Assembly (NCBI GenBank): GCA_965285935.1
Contig: OZ260661.1
Span: 49,972,001-50,036,000 of the forward strand
Direction of reading: 5' to 3'
DNA: 64,000 nt
DNA from: Ophelia neglecta
Lineage: Eukaryota
The notes beneath the pieces are model-generated. The model saw only the letters and a program-made list of their open reading frames with translations. It was not told the origin of the DNA and did no database searches. Positions 62,773 to 64,000 of the stretch are shown here, piece after piece. Position 1 is the stretch's first letter. Every line of letters begins with the position of its first letter. The translations under genes were made by a program, and so were the position numbers.

Positions 62773-63866
62773 CTACTCGATTAACTTTTTGGATTTGAAA
62801 TATCTTCTGAGGTATAGAACCTGCCATGTAGCCAGTCCGAGCAAACAACACATGGAGAAAATACTGAAGTAAAGCACTCTGGAATGAGTTGATTCTGAAA
62901 TAGAATGAAAGCTATTAATTTCTTGCTCAGTGCAAATTTTGTGACATAAGGAGATACATCAAGCCTTGAAATACTTCTATGTACCATTCTTATTCTGTAT
63001 ATTAATATGTCACTATAGTAAGCCAAGAATAAAGACAGGTTTCTTAAGGCTAATCCATTCAAAATCATCTAAAGTTGTCCAAAAAAAACCCCTTTAACTT
63101 ACCATTTGTATCTCTCATTTCTTCTTCTCTGGCCCTCATGTAGGCAAAATCATTCACAATAGATTCAGAAAGGTCCTCTAACTTCTTTAGTTCCACTTCA
63201 AGAGGCTTCAATTTTTCAGCCTTTGCGATCTTAAAAAATTATGAAATACAATGACTAGACACAGTAATTCAATCACTGCTAATGTCTTCAAAAGTCCATT
63301 TTTGTTGACAATACCCTTCCACTGCAAAAGTAGGCTTTTATAGGCAATGAAAAGAGTCGACATTAAAGAGTCATTCAATTAATATGGCAACCGTCAGGCT
63401 ATTCCATAGGTGGCTAAACATGTTACCTATGGAATGTGGTACCCATTGATAAATTAATACAGTTCAGTCAATATTATGCAGTTTACTCATAACATCCCAG
63501 CTTTCATACTTACATCAGCATAATTTTTTGCTTCCACACCATGTTTCATGTTTAAGAACACTTCTCTTTCCCCACCATGGCCTGCACCTGTTTTATGATA
63601 GAAGAAAGGGATTCCATTCAAATGTAACCAATAATAATATCTTTGAAAATGACTCAACATGATAATGAAAGTTGTCTTTCTAACACTTAATATAATTCCT
63701 AAAGAAATAGGAAAAAGATTCTTCAAAATAGTTTAATATATCTACCATCCTGCATCCTACTTTCAAAGCAAACTTCAAACATGTCATATTCTTCAGTTGT
63801 GAAGGCAAATTTCCCTCGTCCAGCTTCATCTTTGTTGTAAAGCACATGGCCTTTAGAGTCTGTTAC
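62773..63866 (-). CDS. TMED10: Transmembrane emp24 domain protein 10 (p24 delta/TMP21), exons 2-5; exon 1 lies beyond the window
   Basis: Exons 63746 (or 63761)-63866 [36 protein letters not shown]; 63514-63587 [12 protein letters not shown]; 63103-63229 [42 protein letters not shown]; 62773-62894 [40 protein letters not shown] with a C-terminal KKLIE dilysine retrieval motif. Confidence 0.96.
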
Positions 63867-64000
63867 CTGCAATACAATTTTGATTTCATTATAATTCTAA
63901 AAAGTGAGGTGTGGAGTAAGTCAATAAGATGTACTGTCGGTTCCCTTGATCTGTAAATACTTTTTATATCTATTGGACTGTTCAGTGTGTTATCATACTA

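Noticed and set aside
1-64000. CRISPR arrays, rRNA, true tRNA genes, U12 introns
   Set aside because: No regularly spaced repeat-spacer array. tRNA-like boxes occur only as SINE heads, and all traced donors are ordinary GT without the RTATCCTT consensus.

Overview
AT-rich, intron-containing eukaryotic DNA from an invertebrate bilaterian. The repeats (Meta/MESC-type SINEs, Helentron-like elements) suggest a marine invertebrate such as a lophotrochozoan, but the species cannot be determined. Splicing exons by hand gives five protein-coding genes: CLPTM1 (+, 14 exons, 662 aa); mitochondrial seryl-tRNA synthetase SARS2 (-, 12 recognisable exons, N-terminus unresolved and possibly frameshifted); MEN1/menin (+, 6 coding exons, 747 aa); an unrecognised 11-exon gene of about 624 aa (-, 34.4-58.3 kb); and the 3' four exons of TMED10 (-, running off the window). 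Introns and intergenic DNA hold SINEs, TA-target MITEs, Helentron-like elements and decayed CR1/L2-type LINE pieces. The most interesting leads are the orphan gene, a candidate antisense unit with a 22-aa hydrophobic sORF nested in its intron, the anomalous SARS2 5' end, interlocked CLPTM1/SARS2 poly(A) signals, and co-location of genes whose human orthologues lie in the FOS paralogon. I found no prokaryote-type system (CRISPR, operon) and no convincing structural RNA gene.
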